NCBI GenBank assembly: GCA_963796145.1
Contig: CAWCKO010000072.1
Coordinates: 381-64,380 of the forward strand
Reading direction: 5' to 3'
Length of the DNA: 64,000 nt
Source: an uncultured Acidobacteriaceae bacterium
GTDB taxonomy: Bacteria > Acidobacteriota > Terriglobia > Terriglobales > Acidobacteriaceae
Every line of letters starts with the position of its first letter. The first letter of the stretch is position 1. This document shows, one piece after another, positions 45,979-54,866 of the stretch. The notes under the pieces are model-generated. The model searched no databases. It worked only from the letters and a program-made list of their open reading frames with translations, and was not told the origin of the DNA. A program made the translations under genes and the position numbers.

Positions 45979-47001
45979 GTGGATGACCTTACGAAATGGA
46001 AGGTCCATGGCCCGGTAGCAAGCCTGAAGACCGAAACCGCGACCTGGGATCCCAACCAGCAATACTGGGAGCCGGCTAGATACTTCACCATAGCCTCGTT
46101 TCGTCCTGACGGCACAATCAGCAGCAGTGATTCCTACAATTCTGACGGATCGATTGCTCACTCGAAATGGCTCTATGACCCCTCCGGCCGCCTCATGGAG
46201 TACCGCTCCTGGATGAATGACGAACCGGCAGACAGAAGTCTGTACCTCTACGACGAAGCCGGGCGTCATGTGCGAACCGTCAGGGTGAGCCAGGACGGTT
46301 CCGAAACAGACACGGAGATTTGCAGTTACGATGCCGAAGGCAGGCGAACCAAAGTGTCGCCCCTGAGTTTTCGGGCGGGCAATGTCTCATATGGTATTGA
46401 AGGGACGAACATGGGCCTGGGTGCTCCCGGGGCGACGAAGATGGTAACCATCTATGACCACAATGACCTCCCGATCAAAGAGGTCTTTGAGGATGCGAAC
46501 CAGAACCCTATCAGGCAAGTAATCATGAGACGCGACAGCGCAGGGAGACTCGTCAAGGTTGAGATGCACATGGGCGGACAGTCAATTTTTGGCCATCGCG
46601 ACCAGCCGGTTTCGCCGGAGTGCGAGAAGGCCGTCTCCTTAATCATGCAAGCTTTTGGCGGAATCTTCTCAAACACCACCTTTTCTTACGACGGCCAGGG
46701 CCGGCTTCTCGAACGAACGAATTCCATGTTCAACCTGGGTGGACATCGTACGACCTATCGTTACGACGATGGGGATAACCCTATTGAGGAAACCACCGAA
46801 CATAGGCATCGCGAAGCCAGCCTCGACGATGACGGGAGCTTGCGCTACACTCCCGACACTGTCACTTCACAACACGTCCGCTTCGAATACCGCTACGACG
46901 CATATGGAAACTGGGTCGAAAGGACTGTGTTGGTGCGGCATGAGGTAAACGCTGAGTTTGAGCCTTCCAACATCGAGCGTCGAGCAATTACCTATCACTG
47001 A
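45979..47001 (+). CDS. YD-repeat (RHS-like) protein, no signal peptide or toxin tip recognised
   Basis: Repeated YDxxGR motifs: LYDPSGRLMEY, LYDEAGRHV, SYDAEGRRT, SYDGQGRLLE, YRYDDGDNPIEE, YRYDAYGNWVER. Confidence 0.55.
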   Translation: MDDLTKWKVHGPVASLKTETATWDPNQQYWEPARYFTIASFRPDGTISSSDSYNSDGSIAHSKWLYDPSGRLMEYRSWMNDEPADRSLYLYDEAGRHVRTVRVSQDGSETDTEICSYDAEGRRTKVSPLSFRAGNVSYGIEGTNMGLGAPGATKMVTIYDHNDLPIKEVFEDANQNPIRQVIMRRDSAGRLVKVEMHMGGQSIFGHRDQPVSPECEKAVSLIMQAFGGIFSNTTFSYDGQGRLLERTNSMFNLGGHRTTYRYDDGDNPIEETTEHRHREASLDDDGSLRYTPDTVTSQHVRFEYRYDAYGNWVERTVLVRHEVNAEFEPSNIERRAITYH

Positions 47002-47002
47002 G

Positions 47003-47896
47003 TTACTGCCTGGTGTCCAACGGGTGGGTGCTCTTTTCGTTAAATTCGTTTTGCAGTTTGAGGCTCACATCATCGGCCTTGATCGCGGCGACGGCTTTGG
47101 CGATGGAATCGATCCACCATTTCATTTGATATTCGCCCAACTCATGGGTTGCGGCTGAGCCGTCACCGGCATAGTGATCGGGAAAGCGGGCGTACCACCA
47201 GATGCCGGTGTAGACGCCATCGGGCAGGTTCTCACGATGCTGGTCGGCGCCCGATTCACTTGCCGCGCGATCCTGGTGCAAAAGGTCGGGACGGGCAATC
47301 ATCATCTTCGAGGTTTCGCTTTCGCCGGCGTGTTCGTCGACCGACGTCTTCTTCTTCGGTCCGCCGGAAGCCGGTGCACGCTGGTCGAAAACATAGACCA
47401 CGTAATCGTGCGGTTTGGCCAACTGCGATTGCGCAAAGTAAGGCAGCAAACTACTATTCCCGCCGTGGCCGTTAACAATCAGTACCTTTTTGCAGCCGTT
47501 GCGAGCCATCTCGTCCGTGGTTTCCTGAAGCAAGGCTAACTGCAGATCGCGGCTATAGGCGACGGTACCGGGCTCATGACGCGCTTCGAAAATTTGCCCA
47601 AAGTAATACTCCGGAAAGACCACGGCATATTCCTGCTCGGCGGCGTGCAGTGACGCATAGCGCACATCGAGCAAATCGGTCCCTAACGGCAGATGTGGTC
47701 CATGCTTCTCCAGGATGCCGAACGGCAAAATGCACGCGCCCTGCGAACGTTTGATTGCGTCGATGAAGTCTGCGCCGGTAAGTTCTTCCCAGTGCGCCGA
47801 CAGTTTGGCCTGCGTCGAGCTGGTCTGCGCTGGCGCGGGTTGTGCCGGGCCCAAGACTGCACAAAGAAGCAAGAAACCAAATACGTAAGCCCTCAT
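47003..47896 (-). CDS. creatininase (creatinine amidohydrolase/MftE-like) family protein with signal peptide
   Basis: LPFGILEKHGPHLPLGTD, LIVNGHGGN, EHAGESETS are family motifs. Start set at MRAYVFGFLLLCAVLG. Confidence 0.8.
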   Translation of the reverse strand: MRAYVFGFLLLCAVLGPAQPAPAQTSSTQAKLSAHWEELTGADFIDAIKRSQGACILPFGILEKHGPHLPLGTDLLDVRYASLHAAEQEYAVVFPEYYFGQIFEARHEPGTVAYSRDLQLALLQETTDEMARNGCKKVLIVNGHGGNSSLLPYFAQSQLAKPHDYVVYVFDQRAPASGGPKKKTSVDEHAGESETSKMMIARPDLLHQDRAASESGADQHRENLPDGVYTGIWWYARFPDHYAGDGSAATHELGEYQMKWWIDSIAKAVAAIKADDVSLKLQNEFNEKSTHPLDTRQ

Positions 47897-47992
47897 TCGG
47901 GATTTCCTCAGCGCGGATTCTAGCACGAAGACAAAAGTATCTTTCGGACCTTCACCTGCCAACGAACGGGGTCCCTCCAGGGTTCAAATCTC

Positions 47993-48607
47993 TCATGGGT
48001 TGGATCGCAGGGCCATTCTCCAGGACCACATCAAAAAGGAGGTTGCCGTTAGATCGATGCCCGGCTCGGTGGTGCTGTAGGATTGCATATTGTCCTGGCC
48101 GCCGTCGATCTCGTAGACGTCGATCGCGCCGCTTCCGGCGATCAGATAGATGCGGTGCAGTTCGGGATCGTAGAAGACATCGTCGGCGCCGTCGTGGGAG
48201 GGGAGATCGGCCAGCTCGCGGCCGGAGTTAGCGTCGAGCACCAGTAAACGGGCCGGCGTACGGCAGGCAACGAAGAGGACCTCATGTTCTGCGTCGTACG
48301 TGAGGGGCACGTTATCTTTGGCACCCATCAACTTCCAGCTAGCCGCTTGGGTATGGCTAGCTCCGTCGATGACGACCACCTCCGCGGATTCGGCGATGTT
48401 CACGAAAATCCGGTCGTGCGCATTGTCGATGTCCAGGCCCTCGGGATGCGTTGCCACAGGAAGATTGGTCAGCAGCTTTTGGTCGGTCGTATCAATCACC
48501 GCGATCGCGGCGGGATTTGCCGCATCGCCGCCGCCGTGGCCAACATAAAGCAGCTTCGACTTCGGGTCATAGACCATATCGTCAGCGTCGTCAGACAGCT
48601 TGACCAT
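47993..48607 (-). pseudogene. YncE/YVTN-type beta-propeller repeat protein, N-terminally truncated
   Basis: Blades ..LLYVGHGG..AIAVIDT, ..RIFVNIAESAEVVVIDG, ..VLFVACRTPARLLVLDA, ..RIYLIAGSGAIDVYE. No signal peptide. The upstream sequence belongs to a kinase remnant on the other strand. Confidence 0.55.
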
Positions 48608-48610
48608 CAG

Positions 48611-48841
48611 CCTAGAGTTTTCGACAGGTTTTATCGGGTAGACCGGACGCGGGGCTGTGCCGTTCGCGGCTCGGGCTTAGGATTGGCGCTGGCGAGATGG
48701 ATCGCCGAGAAACACGATACCACCGTTTCTCTGGAGAGCACGGTGGGGAAGGGGAGTTCCTTTAGTTTTGGCCTCTCCGCGGTCGTCGGGGCATCACGAT
48801 CAACCTCGGACGCAGCTGAGTACTCGATCAGCAGGAGCTAG
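48611..48841 (+). pseudogene. 3' remnant of a histidine kinase gene (end of HATPase_c only)
   Basis: VFDRFYRVDRTRG..GSGLGLALARWIAEKHDTTVSLESTVGKGSSFSFGL. No H-box or N-box sequence precedes it. Confidence 0.7.
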
Positions 48842-48926
48842 CGTACAAGAAGGCCGGCTGAGGACGCGAGACAGCGAGCGGTTTCTCAAAGACGCCAGGA
48901 CTAGGTTATGTCCCGGGTACTCGTTC

Positions 48927-51542
48927 TTAGTCCTTGTCGTTTGCTGACTCGCTAGGATCGATCAGCGGCCGGAAGCGATGCACCGGCGATGGGACGGGAG
49001 AGTCCGCGCCTTTGATGCTCTTCCAGATGATGGCGTTGAGAGCATGCATTGGAGCGCGGTCGACATCGGAGAAGTCCATCTTCTTGCTCTCCTCGGCTCC
49101 ATAGGACTTATCTGTATTTCTGGCATTCACATCGATCATTGGAGGGATCACCGTGAACGGCGTAACCTTCGCATCCGTGCCAAAAGAGGCATAGAGCGGC
49201 ATGGCAGCTGCGTCGTACTGGCTCATCGGAGACATGCCGAGCAGCAGTTCGATAGAACGCACAAAAGAACTGGTGGAGTAGAGCGTGCTGTCGACCATCC
49301 CGCGCCGGACGTAAGGGCTGAGGACGAGTCCGACCGTGCGCCGTGCGTCGACGTGATCAGGACCGTCTTGAGCGTCGTCTTCGATGATGAAGATCGCGGT
49401 GTTCGGCCAGTACTTGCTGTGGCTCAAGGCGTCGACCAACTGTCCGATGGCGTAGTCGTTGTTCGCGACCATGGCCTGGGGAGTGAATGCGCCGGGTTCG
49501 GTTCCTCTGGTGTGGTCTTCGGGCATGCTCATAATCACGAAGTTGGGAAACCGCTTTTCGGGGTCCGGGCTGTCATAGTTCTTCTCGTACTCCTTGAACT
49601 CGCGCAGGAAAACCGCAATATTGCCAGTGTCGCGCTGGCGAGATCCGCCGTAATCCCCGGCGACGTGACCGACAAGACCTGATACCCCAGGCGCCGCGTC
49701 CATCGTGTTGCCGGTACTCGCCCGGGCTGCGTACTCCCCATAGGAACGATAGGTAAGCCCCTTGCGCTGCGCGACGTCCCACAGATGGCCGGCGGATGGA
49801 ATGTAGGCCCGGGCAGGTTGCGCATTGCTTCGGCCGGCGTAGGTTGGCGGCCAGTAGCGCTCGTTGAAATCGGTGGCGTAGGCGGCGTCTGACCAGGAGT
49901 GGCCGTCGACGCTCACTTCGCCGTCGCAGTAGAGATTGTCGAGAATCACATATTGCTTCGCCAGGGCGTGCTGATTGGGAGTGACCTTTTCGCCGAAGAT
50001 GGTGAGCGCAGGATCGCCGTTGGCCCCGGCCAGATCACCGAACTCCTGATCGTAGGTGCGGTTCTCCTTAATGATGTAGACGACGTGCTTGATCTCAGTG
50101 GAAACGCCTACCTCGCGCGGAATGATCGTTGGCTCCAATGGAGGACGCGCCTCTGAGAGCAGCGAGTCGTTGTAGGGCGTGTTGTCGATAACCTGCTTAG
50201 TCCAGTGCGGAAGCTCTTGCTGGAGATCAACCACCGGTAGCACTTCGATGCTGCTCTTTTGCAGGGTCTTTACCGTCTCGTCGCCGTCGAACTTCGAAGC
50301 CAATGGGCTGCCCGGGCCTTTCCTGTCCGGATGTCCCTCCTCGCCTTTGGCGTTGCCGATGAACAGAGTGCGGTCATGATCGACCAGGACGAGGGCTGAC
50401 GGGTACCAGCCAGTCGGGATAAACCCAACCACGGTGCTGTGAGCGCGGTTGGCGATGTGAGCGACAGCGATGGAATTGTTGTCTGCATTGGCAATATAGA
50501 GCAGCTTGTGAACGTCGTCGACCTCCAGCGCATCGGGGGTTGAGCCTTCCGGAGCAAACGGCGTCAGCGTGGTCGACAAACGTTCGATGACCTGAAGTGA
50601 CCGGGTGTCGATCACGTGAACGGTATTGTCATTGGAGCAGGCCACGAACAGGCGCCCGTCCGTGGAGAGCTTCATGTCGTTGGGGTTCATGCCCACGCGA
50701 AGGGTGCGAATCACTTTGTTGGTGGCCGTATCGATGACGCTGACCGATTCGCTCGACCAGTTTGAAACGAACAGTCTTTTTCCGTCAGGTGTGAGCACCA
50801 ACTGGTAGGGGTTAATCTCCACCGGAATGCGGGTGAGTATGGCGCGCGTCTTCAGATCGAAGACGACCACATTGCTTGGACCGGGACCTGTGCCGCGATT
50901 TGCCGCATAAAGCCACTTCTTGGAGGGGAGATAAGCGACCCCTGACCACCAGACGGTAGACGGGTCGACGGTCTCGAGCAGGCTCCCTGTGGGCTGGTCG
51001 CTGAGCCGGCCGTCCTTGTAGCTGAACTCATAGATGGGTGCGGCACTTTGCGTGATCTTCTTAGCGCCGGTGGCGTTGCCGCCCGAGACGTAGAGAGTGT
51101 GGCCGTCCGCCGACCAGGTCATGCCGAGCCACGTCGTCTTTAGCTCGATGTGTTGTATCTGCTTCTGGGTCTTGACGTCGAAGACATCGATCCCGTGGGG
51201 CAGATAACCGGAATGAGAGGCGATCACGATCCGTCCGTCAGGCGAGACCACAAGGTTGAGCACCAGGTCTTCGATCGTCGCGATAGCTTTGCCCGCGGGC
51301 GTGATGCGCCAGCCATTGGGGAGATCGAAGCCTCCGGGAATGTATTTGGGAAGCTGCCTGGTCGGCTGGCCGATGTTTCGTTGCGCCGCAGGCTGAGACG
51401 ACGCCTCGGGTTGCTGGTCCATAGATTGCTGGCTTTGGTCAGCAGCGAAGACCGCCACAACAGGATAGGCAAAGAGAATGGCAACGATGGCGATACAAGC
51501 GTGGTTCAGTCTTGGGACGACAGTCATAGTCTCTTTATTCAT
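48927..51542 (-). CDS. bifunctional YncE-like beta-propeller / phosphoesterase (phospholipase C-acid phosphatase family) protein
   Basis: 871 aa. N-terminal TM/signal, YVTN-type blades (RLFVSNWSSESVSVIDT, RLFVACSNDNTVHVIDT, LLYIANADNNSIAVAHI). C-terminal IKHVVYIIKENRTYDQ..EDDAQDGPDHVDARR are phosphoesterase motifs. Confidence 0.8.
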   Translation of the reverse strand: MNKETMTVVPRLNHACIAIVAILFAYPVVAVFAADQSQQSMDQQPEASSQPAAQRNIGQPTRQLPKYIPGGFDLPNGWRITPAGKAIATIEDLVLNLVVSPDGRIVIASHSGYLPHGIDVFDVKTQKQIQHIELKTTWLGMTWSADGHTLYVSGGNATGAKKITQSAAPIYEFSYKDGRLSDQPTGSLLETVDPSTVWWSGVAYLPSKKWLYAANRGTGPGPSNVVVFDLKTRAILTRIPVEINPYQLVLTPDGKRLFVSNWSSESVSVIDTATNKVIRTLRVGMNPNDMKLSTDGRLFVACSNDNTVHVIDTRSLQVIERLSTTLTPFAPEGSTPDALEVDDVHKLLYIANADNNSIAVAHIANRAHSTVVGFIPTGWYPSALVLVDHDRTLFIGNAKGEEGHPDRKGPGSPLASKFDGDETVKTLQKSSIEVLPVVDLQQELPHWTKQVIDNTPYNDSLLSEARPPLEPTIIPREVGVSTEIKHVVYIIKENRTYDQEFGDLAGANGDPALTIFGEKVTPNQHALAKQYVILDNLYCDGEVSVDGHSWSDAAYATDFNERYWPPTYAGRSNAQPARAYIPSAGHLWDVAQRKGLTYRSYGEYAARASTGNTMDAAPGVSGLVGHVAGDYGGSRQRDTGNIAVFLREFKEYEKNYDSPDPEKRFPNFVIMSMPEDHTRGTEPGAFTPQAMVANNDYAIGQLVDALSHSKYWPNTAIFIIEDDAQDGPDHVDARRTVGLVLSPYVRRGMVDSTLYSTSSFVRSIELLLGMSPMSQYDAAAMPLYASFGTDAKVTPFTVIPPMIDVNARNTDKSYGAEESKKMDFSDVDRAPMHALNAIIWKSIKGADSPVPSPVHRFRPLIDPSESANDKD

Positions 51543-51914
51543 GAATCAGCCTGGTGCACTCTTCATCCTGAGGCGACAATGCGTTGCGCCAGCTGCCATC
51601 CCAGGCACGATCTCAGGTACGATCCTGGATCGTCCAGATTCCGGCGTGAATCGGTCTTCGATAAAACCGGCAACGCCATAGGCTCCCGGGATCGCTTGGT
51701 AACCGCGTTGGTGTTTTGCATAAGGACCGTGGCGAGGCATGGTCTTCCGGTCAGGCCACGGTCAAGAGAAGTCTAGGGGAAGCTGGTAAACAGAACGTAA
51801 ATCGGCCCGAATCGGACGGGGGACGGAGTCACCACCCAGGCGTGCTGCAGACAGGGACTTCGTAGACAGACAAATTCGCGGGAATGGCTACGCTGTCGCT
51901 CTATTCACCGCCGG

Positions 51915-54557
51915 TTATTGTTCCACCCTCAGCGCCTGCATAGGATCAAGACGTGAGGCTCGCCAGGCGGGTAATACGCACGCAGCCGCCGCAACCAACA
52001 GCAGCGTTGCGGTAACCAGCAGGAACACGATGGGATCCAGCGGCTGCGTTGCGTAGAGCATCGACTGGATCAAGCGTGTTACACCCACGCTGGCCGCCAG
52101 CCCCAAGCCCAGTCCAATCAAAGCCGGACGCAGTCCATCACCTAACACCAGCCTTATCACCTGTTCACGCTGCGCGCCCAACGCGATGCGAATGCCAATC
52201 TCCGTAGTGCGCTGCGCAACGATATACGAGAGGACACCGAATAACCCCACCGCAGCCAAAACCAATGACAAGGCTGCGAATACCACCAACAAGGTTGCGT
52301 CGAAACTCGCGTCCAGAGTATTCCTGCCAATCACCTGATCCATTGTCAGGATGTCGTATATCGGCAGCTCGGGGTCCAGCTGTTGAAAGATTTTCTGAAT
52401 GGGCAGCGCGAACTCAGTTACATCCTGGTCAGAGCGAACCACAAGCGCGGCACGGTTGATAAACTCCGTCGGGTCCAGCCATTCCGCAGCGTAGAGAGGG
52501 AAATACATCATGGGCTGGGCCGGTTCACCGATCTCGTCCCGGGTATCACCGGCAACCCCAACGATTTCATACAGCTGCTGGCCCCAGGTAATCAGGCGCT
52601 GGCCCATCGGATCCTGGCCGGGAAAATATTGCCGTGCAAAGGAGTCGCTGATGATGACCTCGGTCGAATGGCCGGGCCGCTGATTCGCGTCGAACGTGTG
52701 GCCGCGTAGCATAGGTATTCCGATGGCCGGAAAATAACCCGGGTCAGCCCAGCGGTGAATTGCAGTCTGCCCGTGGCCCGGTGGCAGCGGCGGCCGCCCT
52801 GCGATGGTGAATCCATTGTCACCGCCATTGCCATCGCCCGGAACGACGGGGAACACAAGCCCGGCAGCCCGGACGCCGGGATAATCGCGTACCCGTGCAA
52901 GCAAGCCTTCAAAGAAGGTTACACATTCGAGGTGATTATAGCGCGCCTCGGGAAGACTGAAGTTCATCGTAAGCACGTTTCGTGTGATGCAACCAAGATC
53001 AGCGGAACGCAATTTGGCGTAGCTCTTGAGCAACAGGCCGGCCCCGATCAACAGCACCACGGTCACTCCCACTTCCAGCGAAAGCAAGACTCTGCGTAAT
53101 CCAGTGCGGGCTTGCCCGGCACTATACGACCGAGACGACTCCTGTAGCGAAGCCGGTAGCCGATCGCCTCTGTTGGAGAATGAGGAGACCAGCCCAGCGA
53201 CTGTAGCGAAGATAGCGATCACCACCAGCGTGAAGCCCAAAACCACACCATCCAGATGAATGGCTTCGACGCGAATCACATCCTGCCGGGCGTTCACAAA
53301 CCACTGAATGACAGCGCCGGCTAGCAGCCAGCCAAAAACACCCCCTGCGGCCGCCAGCAGGAAGCTTTCGATAAGCCGCTGCCGCAGCAATTCCGTGCGG
53401 CTACCGCCCAGTGCTGTGCGGATGGCAAGCTCTCTTCGGCGCCTTGCCGAGCGCGCCACCAGAAGGTTAGCAACGTTGAGGCATGCAATCAGAAGAACAC
53501 AGCCGGTTGCGGCAAGAAGTGCGTAAAGCGGCATCTTCATGTCGCCGACAATTGAATCCAGGAGCGGACGGCTGTGCGCGCCATCACTTACGAACGGGTT
53601 CCCTAAATGCTGATCGTGCACGCGCCGGGTAATAGTAGAAAGCTCTGCCGACCCCTGTAACTGCGACACGCCGGGCTGGAGACGCGCGATCGCAGTGAAG
53701 GCATGATCATCGAAAGCCTGCATCAACTCCGCCGGCTCCTCATGATACGCAGGCGTCCACAACTGCACTGCCTGCGCCGGATACGCAAACCAGGGTGGCA
53801 TGACGCCAATGACTGTGTATTGCTTTGCGTTGAGCAGAATGGTCTGATTCAGGATGGACGGGCTGCCGCCAAAGCGCCGCTTCCATAATCCCCAGCTCAG
53901 GATAACGGTCGCGTTTGCCGATGGCTGATCGTCGGCGGCGTTGAAGTTCCGTCCCAGCGCGGGCTCTACGCCCAACGTGGGAAGAACGTTCCAGGAGAAA
54001 GTGGCGGCGCGCACCATCTCCGGCAGCTGACCATTGGTTCCGGATAAGTTGTAGTCGGCGTTGCGATACAGGGCCATTTCGGAAAAGCTTCGGCTCTGCT
54101 TCTTCCACTCGGCGAACACTCCCGCGGCGTTCCCGTTGAAGGGATACTTGTCGCTGAGCGTTCGCTCGTACAACCGGACGAGCTTGTCAGGATCCCTGAA
54201 GGGCAGCGGTTTAAGCAGAACCGAACGGACAATGGTAAAGAGCGCCACGTTGGCCCCAATGCCCAAGGCGATCACCAGTATGGAGATGGCTGCAAACCCT
54301 GGCGCTCTGCGAAGAGTGCGCAGACCATATTTCACGTCGCGCCAGAGGTTGGCTACGGCGATGAGTGTGTTTTGCTGCCAAAGATCTTCTCGCACCCGCT
54401 GAGGATTGCCGAATTTAAGAAAAGCCTGGCGGCGTGCCTCCTCCGGCGACATCCCGCGCGCGGTATTCTCCTCCACCTCCTCGGCGAAATGAAGCTGAAT
54501 CTCCTGCAAAAGATCCGCATCGCTCTGCTGCCGGTGGAAGAACCTGAGCCAGCTCAT
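51915..54557 (-). CDS. ADOP-family MacB/FtsX-like permease (intact)
   Basis: 880 aa. MSWLRFFHRQQSDADLLQEIQLHFAEEVEENTARGMSPEEARRQAFLKFGN.., two FtsX modules, C-terminus TEIGIRIALGAQR..SRLDPMQALRVEQ. Confidence 0.9.
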   Translation of the reverse strand: MSWLRFFHRQQSDADLLQEIQLHFAEEVEENTARGMSPEEARRQAFLKFGNPQRVREDLWQQNTLIAVANLWRDVKYGLRTLRRAPGFAAISILVIALGIGANVALFTIVRSVLLKPLPFRDPDKLVRLYERTLSDKYPFNGNAAGVFAEWKKQSRSFSEMALYRNADYNLSGTNGQLPEMVRAATFSWNVLPTLGVEPALGRNFNAADDQPSANATVILSWGLWKRRFGGSPSILNQTILLNAKQYTVIGVMPPWFAYPAQAVQLWTPAYHEEPAELMQAFDDHAFTAIARLQPGVSQLQGSAELSTITRRVHDQHLGNPFVSDGAHSRPLLDSIVGDMKMPLYALLAATGCVLLIACLNVANLLVARSARRRRELAIRTALGGSRTELLRQRLIESFLLAAAGGVFGWLLAGAVIQWFVNARQDVIRVEAIHLDGVVLGFTLVVIAIFATVAGLVSSFSNRGDRLPASLQESSRSYSAGQARTGLRRVLLSLEVGVTVVLLIGAGLLLKSYAKLRSADLGCITRNVLTMNFSLPEARYNHLECVTFFEGLLARVRDYPGVRAAGLVFPVVPGDGNGGDNGFTIAGRPPLPPGHGQTAIHRWADPGYFPAIGIPMLRGHTFDANQRPGHSTEVIISDSFARQYFPGQDPMGQRLITWGQQLYEIVGVAGDTRDEIGEPAQPMMYFPLYAAEWLDPTEFINRAALVVRSDQDVTEFALPIQKIFQQLDPELPIYDILTMDQVIGRNTLDASFDATLLVVFAALSLVLAAVGLFGVLSYIVAQRTTEIGIRIALGAQREQVIRLVLGDGLRPALIGLGLGLAASVGVTRLIQSMLYATQPLDPIVFLLVTATLLLVAAAACVLPAWRASRLDPMQALRVEQ

Positions 54558-54641
54558 TTATCTCCTCCGTCGCTCCACGCTGTTTCGCCCCATCACCAGG
54601 TCAATCGCCCGAGCCATCTCGCGCCAGCGATTGGCTTGCAT
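54558..54641 (-). pseudogene. 27-codon 3' remnant of a PadR gene, translationally abutting the permease
   Basis: MQANRWREMARAIDLVMGRNSVERRRR aligns with the tail of the intact PadR in this window (DSWDRMTTAISLVLNQ..). TAA is followed directly by the permease ATG. An in-frame TAG lies immediately upstream. Confidence 0.55.
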
Positions 54642-54647
54642 TCTCCA

Positions 54648-54690
54648 CTAGAACTTCTAGGCAAAGAGCATACACCGCTAGAACTTCTAT
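54648..54690. repeat. two copies of a 13-bp CTAG-rich palindromic box, 30 nt apart
   Basis: CTAGAACTTCTAG (54648..54660) and CTAGAACTTCTAT (54678..54690), starting 6 nt from the PadR remnant boundary. Confidence 0.6.
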
Positions 54691-54866
54691 GGGAAGCATT
54701 TAAAAATATGCGATACACCCCGAGAAAACCTGGGTCTACGGGCTCGGAGCTCCCGATAATTGGGTCCACTCCAGCGGACGTCCAGTCTGTCTCGCTTTTC
54801 CTTCCTTTTGCTTAAGCCTCAGAAATAAAACACCAGCCAACTCATTCCTTGTACTAGAGTAAGCGG

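Noticed and set aside
47960-48000. tRNA-like T-arm string GGTTCAAATC
   Set aside because: There are no complementary stem halves, acceptor stem or anticodon arm around it, and it lies at the 3' end of the propeller fragment. No tRNA, rRNA or tmRNA could be supported anywhere in the window.
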